From contig NC_086097.1 in assembly GCF_963921235.1 (NCBI RefSeq), positions 196,418,001 through 196,482,000 on the forward strand: a stretch of DNA of 64,000 nucleotides. Direction: 5' to 3'. The notes under the pieces are model-generated. The model worked only from the letters and a program-made list of their open reading frames with translations, searched no databases and was not told where the DNA came from. Position 1 is the stretch's first letter. Each line of letters opens with the position of its first letter. The position numbers were made by a program, and so were the translations under genes. Source of the DNA: Mobula hypostoma (taxonomy: Eukaryota). Positions 26,801 to 38,088 of the stretch are shown here, piece by piece.

Positions 26801-27692
26801 TGTGACAAGAATACACATAGATTAAGATGTTAGCTGTCCTGTGCTGGCACCAGTGGGATCAGCAGGTGGTCTGCCACCTGTCTTCAGGGGAGAGAGAGAT
26901 AAGGAAAACAATGGAGCAGCATTTGGAGATGTTAATGAAGGGACGGGAGAGAGTAACGGAAGGAGAGCTGTCAAGATCGGCTCCCCCTTTGAACCCTGAA
27001 CTGTTTGAAGTGATGGACAGGCGATACCCCAGCAGGGGGATAAAAAGGGACAGGTTCGCTAAGGTAAGACACACACGACACCCAAGGTAACGAGACCCTG
27101 GAAGCGGTGCGTCTCTCACAAGTCGGTGGGAAGTTTTGGAAGGCCGGTTGCGGGACCAGGCCATAGACGCACAGGGTGGAAAGGCACGATCGGCGGGAAC
27201 CTGGTGGTGTGTCCACCCTTGCCTGGGTGCCGGGTTCACCGCAGGGAAACGATCGTATCTGGAAACGGAGGGGTCACGGTCAGTGACCTCAGATGACATC
27301 ACAAAGGGCTCACCCGAAAGCTGACTGCGAAGGTCTGTGTGGAAGCCGTTTTGAATATTCATTCGTTTTTGCTCTCTCTCTCCTTCCCCCCACTGTCCAT
27401 CGCCATGGCAGCGATTACTGCGAACTGAACTGAACTCAATTGAACTGAACTTTGCGTCACTTTGAAACTGGTCATTTACCCCTAGACAACGATAGAGCTT
27501 GATTGATCCTGTTATCTTAATTCTGTGTACATGTGTGTTTATCATTGCTGAACTGTTGCATTTATTATCCTTTTGATTAGACTACTGTGTTGCTTGTTTC
27601 TTTAATAAAACTTTCTTAGTTCTAGTAATCCAGACTCCAACTGATTGATCCATTTCTGCTGGTTTGGCAACCCAGTTACGGGGTACGTAACA
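26801..27692 (+). repeat. 5' LTR (892 bp)
   Basis: tgtgacaag...gtaaca; direct repeat of 30830-31724 with roughly 20-25 differences by eye; AATAAA near 27604. Confidence 0.95.
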
Positions 27693-27696
27693 TAAG

Positions 27697-27716
27697 TGGG
27701 GTTCTCGTCCGCGATT
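27697..27716 (+). promoter_or_regulatory. Primer binding site, tRNA-Pro-like
   Basis: tggggttctcgtccgcgatt resembles TGGGGGCTCGTCCGGGATT, the complement of the tRNA-Pro 3' end, with mismatches. Confidence 0.7.
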
Positions 27717-27792
27717 TTGAACGCTAAATTTGGGATGGAGTAAATTGATTGGGTCAAAAATTCCAGAAAGAAAGAAAAGACAAACAGCAGAA

Positions 27793-30303
27793 ATGGAGGC
27801 TGAGGAATTTATAAAGGCACCGACCTTGGAGGCATTAGAGGGTGCCAGGAAATCGGAATTGGTAGCTGTGGCCAAACGGTTGAATCTTGCTAAGGGGAAG
27901 TTGACAATGAGGAGAGAGGAGATACACAGAGCTATCGTAGAGCACTATGTATCTAAAGGTGTGTTTCCCCAAGGCGAGCTGGAGGTGGTGTCTATTGAAA
28001 AACCTGCTGGAGACGCGGTACAGGTGCAGCTTGAAAAACTGAGACTCGAGCACGAGTTCCGGGTACGGCAGTTGGAGCGAGAAGAGAAAGAGAGGGACAG
28101 ACAGTTGGAGCGAGAAGAGAAAGAGAGGCAATGGGAGCGAGAAGAGAGAGAGAGGCAGAGGGAAAGGGAATTTGAGCTGGAGAAGTTAAAGATAAGGGCC
28201 GAGCAGGGGCCCGTGCCGAACCAAGGTGGAGGGTTCCGGGCGACCCAGGAGGTTAGGCTGGTTCCCCCATTTGACGATACCGATGTGGATCGGTACTTTC
28301 TCCATTTCGAAAAAGTTGCTACAAGTCAGGACTGGCCGAGGGATAAGTGGGCTGTTTTGCTTCAGAGTGTACTGAAAGGGAAAGCCCAACAAGCTTACTC
28401 AGCTTTGTCCGCGGAAGATGCCCAGAGATATGAGGTGGTGAAAGAGGCCATCCTCAGGATTTATGAGTTGGTCTTGGACGCATACCGGCAGAGGTTCCGG
28501 AATGCGAGGAAGCAGTGGGACCACACGTATTTAGAGTTTGCCCGTGAGATGCAGACATATTGTGAGCGTTGGTGCGCCTCGAAGGGGGTAGAGGGGGATT
28601 ATGACAGACTGCTACAGCTGATCCTGATTGAGCAGTTTAAAGGTTGTGTCCCTGAGGGTATGAGACCCTACCTAGATGAGAAAGAGGCAGCCACGTTAGC
28701 CGCAACTGCTAAGTTAGCGGATGAGTATGCGTTGACGCATAAAATGAAGTTTGCCCCAAGTAAAGGTAGTCAGGACGGCAGGGAGAGTCCGCCAGAAAAG
28801 TCAGAAAGTAAGCCGGGGACTAGTGAGAAGGATGAGGTAGACAGGGAGCAGTCTGGTAGGAAGTCTCCTGGGATCGTCTGTTATAATTGCGGGAAAGTCG
28901 GACACTTTGCGTCCAGGTGCTTTGCCCCAAAGAAGGAGACGGGAAAAGGAAAAACGGCGATTTTGACTGGCTGTATCGAGCTGGTAAACGAACCGCTAGG
29001 GAAGGACAGGTCTGCCAAAGTTCAGGAAGGGTGCGAGAGGTTTATCTCGGCCGGATTGGTGTCAGTGAAGGAGGGATTAAAACCAGTTCCAGTGCGGATC
29101 TGGAGAGACACGGGAGCACGTCAGTCACTGATACTGAAGAGTGTATTAGAGTTTAGCTCAGAGACCCAGACTGGGGAGGTCAAGGTCAAAGGTATTGGGG
29201 AAGGGACAGAGGCCATCCCTTTGCACCAGATACACTTACAAAGCAACCTGGTCTCTGGACTAGTCACGATCGGGGTGAGGTCCGAATTACCGATGAAAGG
29301 CGTGGAAGTCTTGCTCGGTAATGACCTCGCCGGGGGAATCGTGTTCCCAGTCGTGAGATTGACAGGTCAGCCTGCCAGCATTGAGGCCCTGCCCATGGAC
29401 TCACAGGTTCATCACGGGACCGCGGTAGTGAATTTAGCTGAGACGTTTCTGCCAGCCTTGTACGAGAAGGGGGTAGAAAGTGAAAAGAAGGAGTGTAGTG
29501 AAACAAGAAGTAGTGAGGGAGCTGGGACAGACGTAGCATTAGCCAGGAAAGAATTTGTGCAGGCGCAGGAGCGAGACGAGGGGCTGATGGTTTTGGTGGA
29601 GACAGCTCTCTCTGATGCAGAATTAACAAGGGAACTAGTAGGCTATTGTGTGGAGGAGGAAGTGCTAAGGAAGAAAGGGAAACCAAGTGCATTACCCGCA
29701 GATGAGGAATGGGGGGTGGTGCAAAAGAGTTATGGGGATGAGATTTTTAACCTGGCCCACAAGGTACCCCCCGGTGGACATTTTGCGGTGCTGGAGGAAA
29801 CAGTTGGTGGAATCATGAAAGAGGTTTACCGGCTGCACCAAAAGAAGGATGTTATTGATTATGGCCAACGCGAACTGAGACGGTCACAGGCTTTTGATAT
29901 GCTAACAAACCTAGTCGGTGTTAGCGCGGAAATCAATGAAGCTAGGGGCCCCCTGATAAGAGGAAAAAACCATTTTGAAAAGATGAGTATGGTAACAACC
30001 AGATGGGAGAAGGCTATTATTTTGGCCAGCTCTGTTGATAAGGTCTCTCCCTTAATCCCCGAACAAAGCGACTCTTTAGGAGAAGTAATTAAACGACTCA
30101 CACACGTGTGTTTGATTGTCCCGAGGCGATGCAAAGAACTGGGACGTTGGGTGGTGTTTGTTACACTAGGCCAGCCTAGCGAGCATCAGCCCTATAGAAT
30201 GAGTAATTCAGTGACTAAAGGGCTGACAAACACAGAGGTGTGTAATGGTGATGTAATACGGCTGTCTGAAGCCAGCTTGATAGTGAACCTTGAAAAAAAT
30301 TAG
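27793..30303 (+). CDS. Gag (SCAN-like capsid, CCHC knuckle)-protease ORF running into pol remnants, 836 aa from the first ATG
   Basis: YF.HFEKVA...WP...W capsid motif; CYNCGKVGHFASRC; RDTGARQSLI protease; AH...GGHF integrase N-terminal remnant; RLSEASLIVNLEK RT remnant. Confidence 0.85.
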   Translation: MEAEEFIKAPTLEALEGARKSELVAVAKRLNLAKGKLTMRREEIHRAIVEHYVSKGVFPQGELEVVSIEKPAGDAVQVQLEKLRLEHEFRVRQLEREEKERDRQLEREEKERQWEREERERQREREFELEKLKIRAEQGPVPNQGGGFRATQEVRLVPPFDDTDVDRYFLHFEKVATSQDWPRDKWAVLLQSVLKGKAQQAYSALSAEDAQRYEVVKEAILRIYELVLDAYRQRFRNARKQWDHTYLEFAREMQTYCERWCASKGVEGDYDRLLQLILIEQFKGCVPEGMRPYLDEKEAATLAATAKLADEYALTHKMKFAPSKGSQDGRESPPEKSESKPGTSEKDEVDREQSGRKSPGIVCYNCGKVGHFASRCFAPKKETGKGKTAILTGCIELVNEPLGKDRSAKVQEGCERFISAGLVSVKEGLKPVPVRIWRDTGARQSLILKSVLEFSSETQTGEVKVKGIGEGTEAIPLHQIHLQSNLVSGLVTIGVRSELPMKGVEVLLGNDLAGGIVFPVVRLTGQPASIEALPMDSQVHHGTAVVNLAETFLPALYEKGVESEKKECSETRSSEGAGTDVALARKEFVQAQERDEGLMVLVETALSDAELTRELVGYCVEEEVLRKKGKPSALPADEEWGVVQKSYGDEIFNLAHKVPPGGHFAVLEETVGGIMKEVYRLHQKKDVIDYGQRELRRSQAFDMLTNLVGVSAEINEARGPLIRGKNHFEKMSMVTTRWEKAIILASSVDKVSPLIPEQSDSLGEVIKRLTHVCLIVPRRCKELGRWVVFVTLGQPSEHQPYRMSNSVTKGLTNTEVCNGDVIRLSEASLIVNLEKN

Positions 30304-30829
30304 TTCGGCCACACGAAGGTCACTTACCTGGGAATTGTGGTGACACAGGGGCAGCTGGCAGCAATGCAAGCTAAAGTGCGGGCTATCTCTGACATCCCAA
30401 CCCTGACAGACAAGAGGGCCCTCAGAAGGCTCTTGGAGATGGTGGGGTACTGTTGGAAGTTTTGCAATAACTCTGCGGTTACTACCCCTCCCCCTCCTAC
30501 TAAGCCCTTGCGAGAGAAAACTAAGTCGGAATGGGACGACCCTTGTTATTGTGGTCCGGGACAAAACCAAAAGAGAGGTTACATTGATCGCAATTCATCG
30601 GTGTTTTTGGCCACTACGAAGTTTGCTAAGTTGGAGCCTGGTCTAAGGGATTATTAATAACACATATAAAAGGAACAGAAAATGTGATGGCTGACTGTCT
30701 GTCAGGTGTTGACAACTTCAAATTCGCTGTATTAGCCAAATAGCTGATAAAAATGTGTATTTGTGTGTATCAAATAATGTATTCATGTTTGTAATTTTTA
30801 CCCCGGTAAAAATCCTTAAAGGGGGGAAG

Positions 30830-31724
30830 TGTGACGAGAATACACATAGATTAAGATGTTAGCTGTCCTGTGCTGGCACCAGTGGGATCAGCAGTTGGTC
30901 TGCCACCTGTCTTCAGGGGAGAGAGAGAGATAAGGAAAACAATGGAGCAGCATTTGGAGATGTTAATGAAGGGACGGGAGAGAGTAACGGGAGGAGAGCT
31001 GTCAAGATCGGCTCCCCCTTTGAACCCTGAACTGTTTGAAGTGATGGACAGGCGATACCCCAGCAGGGGGATAAAAAGGGACAGGTTCGCTAAGGCAAGA
31101 CACACACGACACCTGAGGTAACGAGACCCTGGAAGCGGTGCGTCTCTCACAAGTCGGTGGGAAGTTTTGGAAGGCCGGTTGCGGGACCAGGCCATAGACG
31201 CACAGGGTGGAAAGGCACGATCGGCGGGAACCTGGCGTGTGTCCACCCTTGCCTGGGTGCCGGGTTCACCGCAGAGAAACGACCGTATCTGGAAACAGAG
31301 GGGGTCACGGTCGGTGACCTCAGATGACATCACAAAGGGCTCGCCCGAAAGCTGACTGCGAAGGTCTGTGTGTGGAAGCCGTTTTGAATATTCATTCGTT
31401 TTGCTCTCTCTCTCCTTCCCCCCACTGTCCATCGCCACGGCAGCGATTACTGCGAACTGAGCTGAACTAAATTGAACTGAACTTTGCGTCACTTTGAAAC
31501 TGGTCATTTACCCCTAGACAACGATAGAGCTTGATTGATCCTGTTATCTTAATTCTGTGTACATGTGTGTTTATCATTGCTGAACTGTTGCATTTATTAT
31601 CCTTTTGATTAGAGTACTGTGTTGCTTGTTTCTTTAATAAAACTTTCTTAGTTCTAGTAATCCAGACTCCAACTGAGTGATCCATTTCTGCTAGTTTGGC
31701 AACCCAGTTACGGGGTACGTAACA
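30830..31724 (+). repeat. 3' LTR (895 bp)
   Basis: Follows the PPT; tgtgacgag...gtaaca|tatt. Confidence 0.95.
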
Positions 31725-32922
31725 TATTCAAGAACAGTGATTTTTGTCACTGTTAGTTGCCAAGAAATAAGACAATTCAGAACTGTTTTGCTCTCCGCGG
31801 TTTCAAGCATTCAGGCTTGGAGATGCCAGAAACGGCTGGGAGTGAAAATGAAACACTTAGTAAGTTTAGAACTACGAAGAATTTGAAGGTATCAACAGTG
31901 AATGTTACAATGAAAATGAAGATTTAGAGGATGTAATTGTCAAAAGCTTTGTACCAGGGCTGACCATTATCTGCACTAAGTGCCTGCACTGATTTTGTTC
32001 ATTTACAGTCAAAGAAACACAGTAGTGTATACTGGATAAATTTCTCCATTGTTAACTATTAGGAACTAATAAAGTTTTATAGTACTGTACTAGTATTGGT
32101 AGTGTTCTAATTTGTTCTGTATTTCACATAATTTGTTGTTCCACTAAACAGCAATTTGCCTTTTTTTAAAAAAAAATCTTTTTAACTGTTTTCACTTTGG
32201 CTAACTGGGGCAAAATGTACTGCTCTTGATGTGTCCCAATTAAGCGGAATCCATTGTATATCTCTCCTTGCTTCTTACCCAGGGCCATTGAGTTACCTTT
32301 CCACAACACTTCTCAGCTTAATATTTTCATAATAATAAACCTGGCATCAAAATGAATTGAGATGCAGATGTTTATAAATATTAAAATATTTATAATTAAA
32401 TATTACAATTGGAAGCTGACCGTCAATTTTGATGTTCAACTCGACCACATATTAATATAAAAGTGCATTAAAAAGCAGCTATGTTAAGAAACTAAATAAA
32501 AGGTACCATGAAGGATGAAACTTGCATTACATTAAATAATTTGATTTCATGCAGATGCCAATCAATTGTTGCTTGGTAATTGTTTCTCATGCATGTCCAA
32601 TGGCTTCTGTGCTTACATATGCCATACACAGAGTACGAGGATTAAACATCCAGAAATAAATCCTGGCTTTAATCTGCATATGATATGATCATATTCTTTC
32701 ACGCAACGCATAAAAGTGCTGTGGTAGCCAGAGAATTTGAAGTCCAATTTATTGTTTTGTTAGGTCATTCAGAATGTACTACTAATGTTCATTCTCTCCT
32801 GTCAAGACTAATTTGTGAAGTAATATCCTTAATAAATGTTAATTATACAGCAGATTAAACTCAGATCAATGGATAGGTAACATTCTAGTTCATTGCAGAA
32901 ATCGATTTAAGTAACAACTCAC

Positions 32923-33123
32923 CTCAGGACCCAGGTTCATATAACAGTCAATAGACAACACTGGATTCTTACTGTTGTTTATAGCTTTAGGAAACAGCTT
33001 GTAACTTGTGTGTTGCAGGAATTTCTCCAGGAGAAAGTGGGCAGGAGCAGCCAACATTGTGCTTTCACTGTCTGGAGCACAGACATACTGTGAGGCTGAA
33101 ATCATATTGAGGCTTTCGCTCAC
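32923..33123 (-). CDS. GREB1L: GREB1L coding exon (201 bp)
   Basis: catag|GTG ... GAG|gtgag. Translates [20 protein letters not shown]...LLEKFLQH...[11 protein letters not shown]. Confidence 0.95.
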
Positions 33124-33194
33124 CTATGGGTAAAGAGAAAGCTGTCAATCAACAGGTCAAGTGAAGATTAGTAAAACAAGACTGAGAAACTCTG

Positions 33195-33365
33195 ACTTAA
33201 CACGAATATACAGGGAAAATTCAGCAGGTCAAGAAACATTGCAAGAGAAAGAAACAAAACTAGCATTTGAACCCAATGACTCTACATCTGATGTTGCTGC
33301 CCTGAAGTTTTAACTCTGTTGCTCTCCGTAGATGCTGCCTGAGCTCCTGAGTATCACTGGTACAG
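33195..33365. mobile_element. Old degenerate Penelope-terminus hairpin
   Basis: cagcaggtcaagaaacatt ... tagatgctgcctgagctcctgag, a decayed version of the 8.2-kb structure. Confidence 0.5.
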
Positions 33366-33619
33366 TACTCTTTATTTCAATTTGAAAACCTTGTGGTATC
33401 CCTCTAGACACACTCAGTAGTTGTCGCTGCAGCGTGCCAATGACAGTTTTAGAGATGAGATTCCTGCTGCTGATTTCAGTACTGCCGAACACCATGCACA
33501 TTTTGCAAACTATACGTCTACCAGGACTGATGCCAGGTCACTAGTAGATCAAGAGGAAGCCAGTATTGGTTGTCTATTCCCTATATTGCCAAAAGACATT
33601 TAAACTATGAAGCCCATGC

Positions 33620-33875
33620 TTGCTCACAGAGCAATCCCATTCCCTCACTAATATTTTACTTTGTCCCTACTTTTCCGTTATTAATTCTCCCAAGTTTCTA
33701 TCACTTACCTACACACTGTGGGAATGTATAGTCGCCAATTAACCTACCAATCTTTTGGATGTGGGAGGAGACCTTGGCTGCACATTAAGAATATGGACGC
33801 TCCACACAGACTGCACCTGAGGTCAGTATTGAAACCTGGTCACTGAGCTGTGAGGGAGGATTACTCTACTGCCTA
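33620..33875 (-). mobile_element. V-SINE (HE1-like), decayed
   Basis: ggatgtgggagg...ctccacacagac...attgaaacctggtcactgagctgtgagg is the reverse complement of a tRNA head plus V domain. Confidence 0.6.
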
Positions 33876-34899
33876 TAGTTCTGATCAGGGTCTGGGCCAA
33901 ATGATGACAAGATCTGGTGACACAGGAGAACTACTGATTGAAGGTGAGCAATTTGAGAGATCAGGAATTCAGGATCTAAGATGACCAAGGGTTGTGGGTT
34001 GTGGGTTGTGGATGCAAGGTTTGGTATCTTGGTACATTGTGTAAGGAAGGATGAAAATGACCTTGCTGAAGTCCCAGTCCAGCTAGTGCAGTGATAAAGA
34101 CAGAGATGTCCTCCGAGTGTTCAACAACCCAACAGCGGCCATGCCCAGGACAACCTGGTCTAATTTTAGCCACAATACTCCAAAAGGACCATTGCCTGGG
34201 AGTGATGATACATATTTACTGCTCAGATCACAAGATGTGTAACCATGACTCATGCTTGAAAGTACCTGGCTGAATTTCAGGAGTGGAAGAAGGATACCTG
34301 GAAGTGATCATTATTGATCACTTTACTCTATGCTAAGCACATTGCCAATTGTATAATAGCTGAAAAAGCCAAGGCTAGTTGCAGCAAATGATCATCTCTA
34401 ATTAAGCAAGCTGAGGTATCAGAAACATACCTGACATTTAAATCTCCTATCAGCCAACAGGGTACAGCCTTGTAATACAAAACAAGTATTTTCAATGCCA
34501 TTTACATACTAGTTGAAAGCATGGTCAAAGTAATTAACAGTTGCTGAGTGCTAAAGCATACACTGCCATTCCAATCCATAAAAAACCAAAAAGACCTTAA
34601 ATAATTCTTGTGATCATGAGGCTCCCTTTATTTTCAATCCAAATTTCATATTAATACATGTGTATTGCTTTATGCTTTTCCGGTTTTCAACATGTCCAAG
34701 CTTTCTTCTCAATCATAAGTATGTTGGTTCTCTAAAAATGACAGGGCAGGAAATGGCTTCAGAAGAAACAGGCAAGAAAGCTGTCTCCCTGTGCACATCT
34801 CCCTCACAGTGCTTCTGCAATGCCTCCATCAGCTTGTCTGAGACCAAATGAAGCTCACCTACTACAGTAGTTCAGGAATTAATACCGACCAAGGCACTG

Positions 34900-35015
34900 G
34901 AGCTTACTACTCTTCTCATGTTTGACATTCAACAGACAGGACCCTAGTTTAATGTCTCATCTGAAAGCTGCCATTCTCCCTCAATACAGAACTACATTGT
35001 CTGACTGAATTTATA
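34900..35015 (-). mobile_element. Possible DeuSINE (SacSINE1-like) core fragment
   Basis: tttaatgtctcatctgaaag...ctccctcaatac resembles the reverse-complemented Deu domain as recalled. Confidence 0.45.
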
Positions 35016-35196
35016 AATGTCTTATATAATAGAGTGTAGCAACTTACCTAGTTGTTCTGAAAAATTTCAGCTAGTTTTACATAGTTTCCACATTCCTGGT
35101 GGAGTAGCATATATACAGAATAATTCAAACCTCATCTGAAACCTGAATTAATGTTAGAATTTACAGTGACTGGGCCAGACCTTTCTGTCAAAACCA

Positions 35197-35472
35197 GTTT
35201 CAGAATACGGTTTATTATTACTGACTCATATGATGTGAAATTTGTTGTTCTGCAGCAGTAGTTCAGTGTAAAGACATATAATTACTATAAATTACACAAT
35301 AACTAAATAATGCAAAAACTGGAATAATGAAGTAGTACTACTCAAGAACCATTCAGAAACCTGATGGCAGAGGAAAAGAAGCTTTTGCCAAATCATTTAA
35401 GTGTGAATCTTCAGGCTTCTGCACCTCTTCCCCGATGGTAGTAATGAAACCAGGGCATGTCCCAGATGGTGA
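35197..35472 (-). mobile_element. Rex1/Babar LINE 3' fragment
   Basis: tcagaatacggtttatt tail and ctgatggcagaggaaaagaagc...cacctcttccccgatggtag. Confidence 0.6.
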
Positions 35473-35680
35473 CAATGACATCTGCTGCTAATAGTATGCA
35501 GACTGTATAATATATTCAATTTGTGGACATCTAGCTAAATCCAGACATCCAAGTGTTCCTACCCAAATTACTCTATTAGTAGCTTCATGAAAAGTTGATC
35601 TCACTGTGCTTCAGTGAGAAGTTGCAGTATTTGGAAGTCTACATAAACTTTTAGTGGGTGATAAGTATTAATTACTGTTG

Positions 35681-35866
35681 GAAATGAACAAACAGTCGAC
35701 GTTTCAGGCCGAGACCCTACGTCAGGACCCTTCATCCAGTATTGATGTAGGGTCTCTGACCGAAATGTCGACTCTTTCCATAGATGTGGCCTGACCTGCT
35801 GATTTCCTCCAGTATTTTGTGTGTGTTGCTCTGGATTTCCAGCATCAGCAGGATTCTCTTGTGTTC
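35681..35866. mobile_element. Penelope-terminus fold-back with two mutated hammerhead motifs
   Basis: agtcgacgtttcaggccgagaccc ... gggtctctgaccgaaatgtcgact. Flanking repeat attaatt(a/g)ctgttg at 35667-35680 and 35867-35880. Confidence 0.78.
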
Positions 35867-36098
35867 ATTAATTGCTGTTGCTCAGTCACCCTAGCACTGA
35901 GAATAAACTGTTAGGTGGAGTCTCATTCAATCTGCTTTTTAAAATGTGGGAGATACAAAAAAAATACCGAATTTATTTTTTAATTTTTCCTTTTACATGG
36001 AGGCTACATCTTAAAGCCTCTCAGATAGGTTCAATATTAAATATTGCTTAGAATTAAGACTATGTTAACATGATGAATTATCTCAGAATATTCCTTAC

Positions 36099-36240
36099 CA
36101 TGACCTTAGGCTTTATAACAAAATCTTTGTGTCCTCCAACCTGAATACATTTCTTCATGAGACTGAAGTGATTGAACCGACAAAGGAGTAAGCCACTACT
36201 ATTTGTCCGTAGATTGAAGTCAATGTCTTCACAGGTATAT
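36099..36240 (-). CDS. GREB1L: GREB1L coding exon (142 bp)
   Basis: caacag|A ... ATG|gtaag. Translates [47 protein letters not shown]. Confidence 0.95.
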
Positions 36241-36649
36241 CTGTTGGAACAAGGTAGTTTTAATTCCTTATACTTTTTAGTCACAGTTGAAGATTTGCAG
36301 GGGGATATAAACTTATTAGAGAAACATTATTTACAAAGAACTCTAAAGGGCTTCATTACTTGGATGAGCTGATTGCACTGTTGTTTGTTTTAAATTTTAC
36401 TTCCTGGCAACAACTTTCTGATACCCAATGCCAGAATAAAACGACAACATTATCTGGACATGAGACAGTTGTTTTATGGTACATAACAGGGCCCCACATT
36501 CCCCAAAATATCAAACTTTTTAAAAATAAAGCAAATCTCTTCACCCCTTCACCACATGGAGGTGAGCAATGCTAAAGTTACAGTACAAAAAACTAGATTA
36601 GAGAAATCATTGCAACTTGCCTGCAGATGGATTACACTGGCATGGTGAT

Positions 36650-37612
36650 GCCTCCCCTTTCTATGTGCAGCTACAACAGCCTCCGCATCCAGCACATCAC
36701 TCTTCGCAACTTCTGCCATCTCCATCAGGACCCTACCACCAAACACACCTTTACCTCCCTCCCTCTCTCTGATTTCCACAAGGTCACTCAGAGAAAAAAA
36801 AAGGCTACATCTGCCCATTCACCTCCTCCCTCACCTCCATTCAGGACCCCAGTCCTTCCAGGCAAGGCAACACTTCGGCTGCAAATCGGTTGGGGTTATC
36901 TACTGTATCCGATGCTTCCAATGCAGTCTCCTCTACATTGGTGAGACCTGATGTAACTGGAGACTGCATTGTCATGCACCTTCGCTCCATCTGCAAAAAG
37001 CAGGATTTTCCAGTGGCCAACCATTTTAACTCCCAACTCCCATTCTGACATGCCCAGTCCATGGCCTCCTCTACTGTCATGATGAGGCTACTCTCAGGTT
37101 AGAGGAACAACGCCTCATATTCCGTCTGAGTAGCCTCCAACCTAACCGCATGAACATTGATTTCTCTAACTTCCAGTAATTTTTCCCCCTCCACTTTCCC
37201 TCTTCTTCCATTCCCCACATCTTCTCTTTTTCTCACCTCCCTATCACCTCTCCTGGGTGCCCTGCTTCCTTCCATTTCTCCTTTCTAATTAGACTCCTCC
37301 TTCTCCAGCCCATTAACTTTTCCACCTATTAGCTTCCACTTCTTACTTCATCTAACCTCCCCCACCCACCTGGTACCTCTTCTAGCTGGTATTCCTTCTC
37401 CTTGCCCCACCACCTTATTCTGGCTTCTTCTCCCTTCCTATGAAAATGAATAAACATTCAATGTTTCAGCCTGAGACCCTTCATCAAGACTGAATGAAGG
37501 GTCTTAGAGTGAAATGTCAACTGTTAATTTATTTCCATAGCTTGACCTGCTGAGTTCCTCTGAATTTCCAGTGTTACTCTGAGTTTCTGGCATCTACTGA
37601 ATCTCTTGTGTC
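36650..37612 (+). mobile_element. Penelope-like element 3' part, decayed GIY-YIG endonuclease
   Basis: GVIYCIRCFQCSLLYIGET near 36890-36950, then RLEEQRLIFRLSSLQP, a pyrimidine-rich UTR and a terminus with a small fold-back at about 37440-37540. Confidence 0.85.
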
Positions 37613-37866
37613 AATGAGATAATCACTGTTTTATAAAGTGAATTACATAATCTCTGGAAGATCAGTGAGTAAACAAACCATAGCTAAACAGCTGGAGTCT
37701 TAAAAGCAGAAATAAATTTTGCAGATGTATCATATTTTAAATTTTAAAAAATTTAAATTAAAAAAGCTTTAGCACTAGATGAAAGTGCTCAGTGTCACTG
37801 GCACAATACTGAAAAACAAGAAGGTAAGGGCAGTCTTCAGGAATGTCTAATCTAGAAGGTTGCATA

Positions 37867-38088
37867 AAAGAAGAAGAAGAAGAAAGACCTTAACTCCAAG
37901 CGGAGTCATTGGGACGCTGTCATGTGGCATTTTTTTTAGCAGGCTTTCTTATTTTTACAAGGTCGAGTTGCTAGCTTGACGTTCAACCCAGTACGGATGG
38001 AAAGCGTGCAAGGGAGCTGGCTGGATTTGAACTTGGGAACCTTCGCCCCAAAGTCTGGCGCTGATGCCACTATGCCACCAGCCGGCCA
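37867..38088 (-). mobile_element. Complete tRNA-derived SINE with (CTT)n tail and 13-bp TSD
   Basis: TSD agaaggttgcata at 37854-37866 and 38089-38101. A box tggcatagtgg, B box gttcaaatcc; middle gctagcaactcgaccttgtaaaa is RTE-5'-like. Confidence 0.85.

Larger units (their letters stand above)
26801..31724 (+). mobile_element. Gmr1-like Ty3/Gypsy LTR retrotransposon, non-autonomous (pol largely deleted)
   Basis: Two TG...CA LTRs, 4-bp TSD TATT (26797-26800, 31725-31728), PBS, PPT aaaggggggaag at 30818-30829. Domain order Gag-PR-IN remnant-RT remnant-RNase H end. Confidence 0.93.
26563..32256. mobile_element. Tigger/pogo-like non-autonomous element (26563-26800 and 31725-32256), split by the LTR element
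   Basis: TA|tggtggattccagttaattggg ... cccaattaagcggaatccattg|TA. Confidence 0.75.

Noticed and set aside
26827..27545. ORFs of up to 228 aa inside the LTR, repeated at 30851-31507
   Set aside because: Frames differ between the two LTRs because of indels, and there is no recognisable domain.
27793..30303. Domesticated Gag or SCAN host gene
   Set aside because: Still flanked by near-identical LTRs with a TSD, so it is a recent element.
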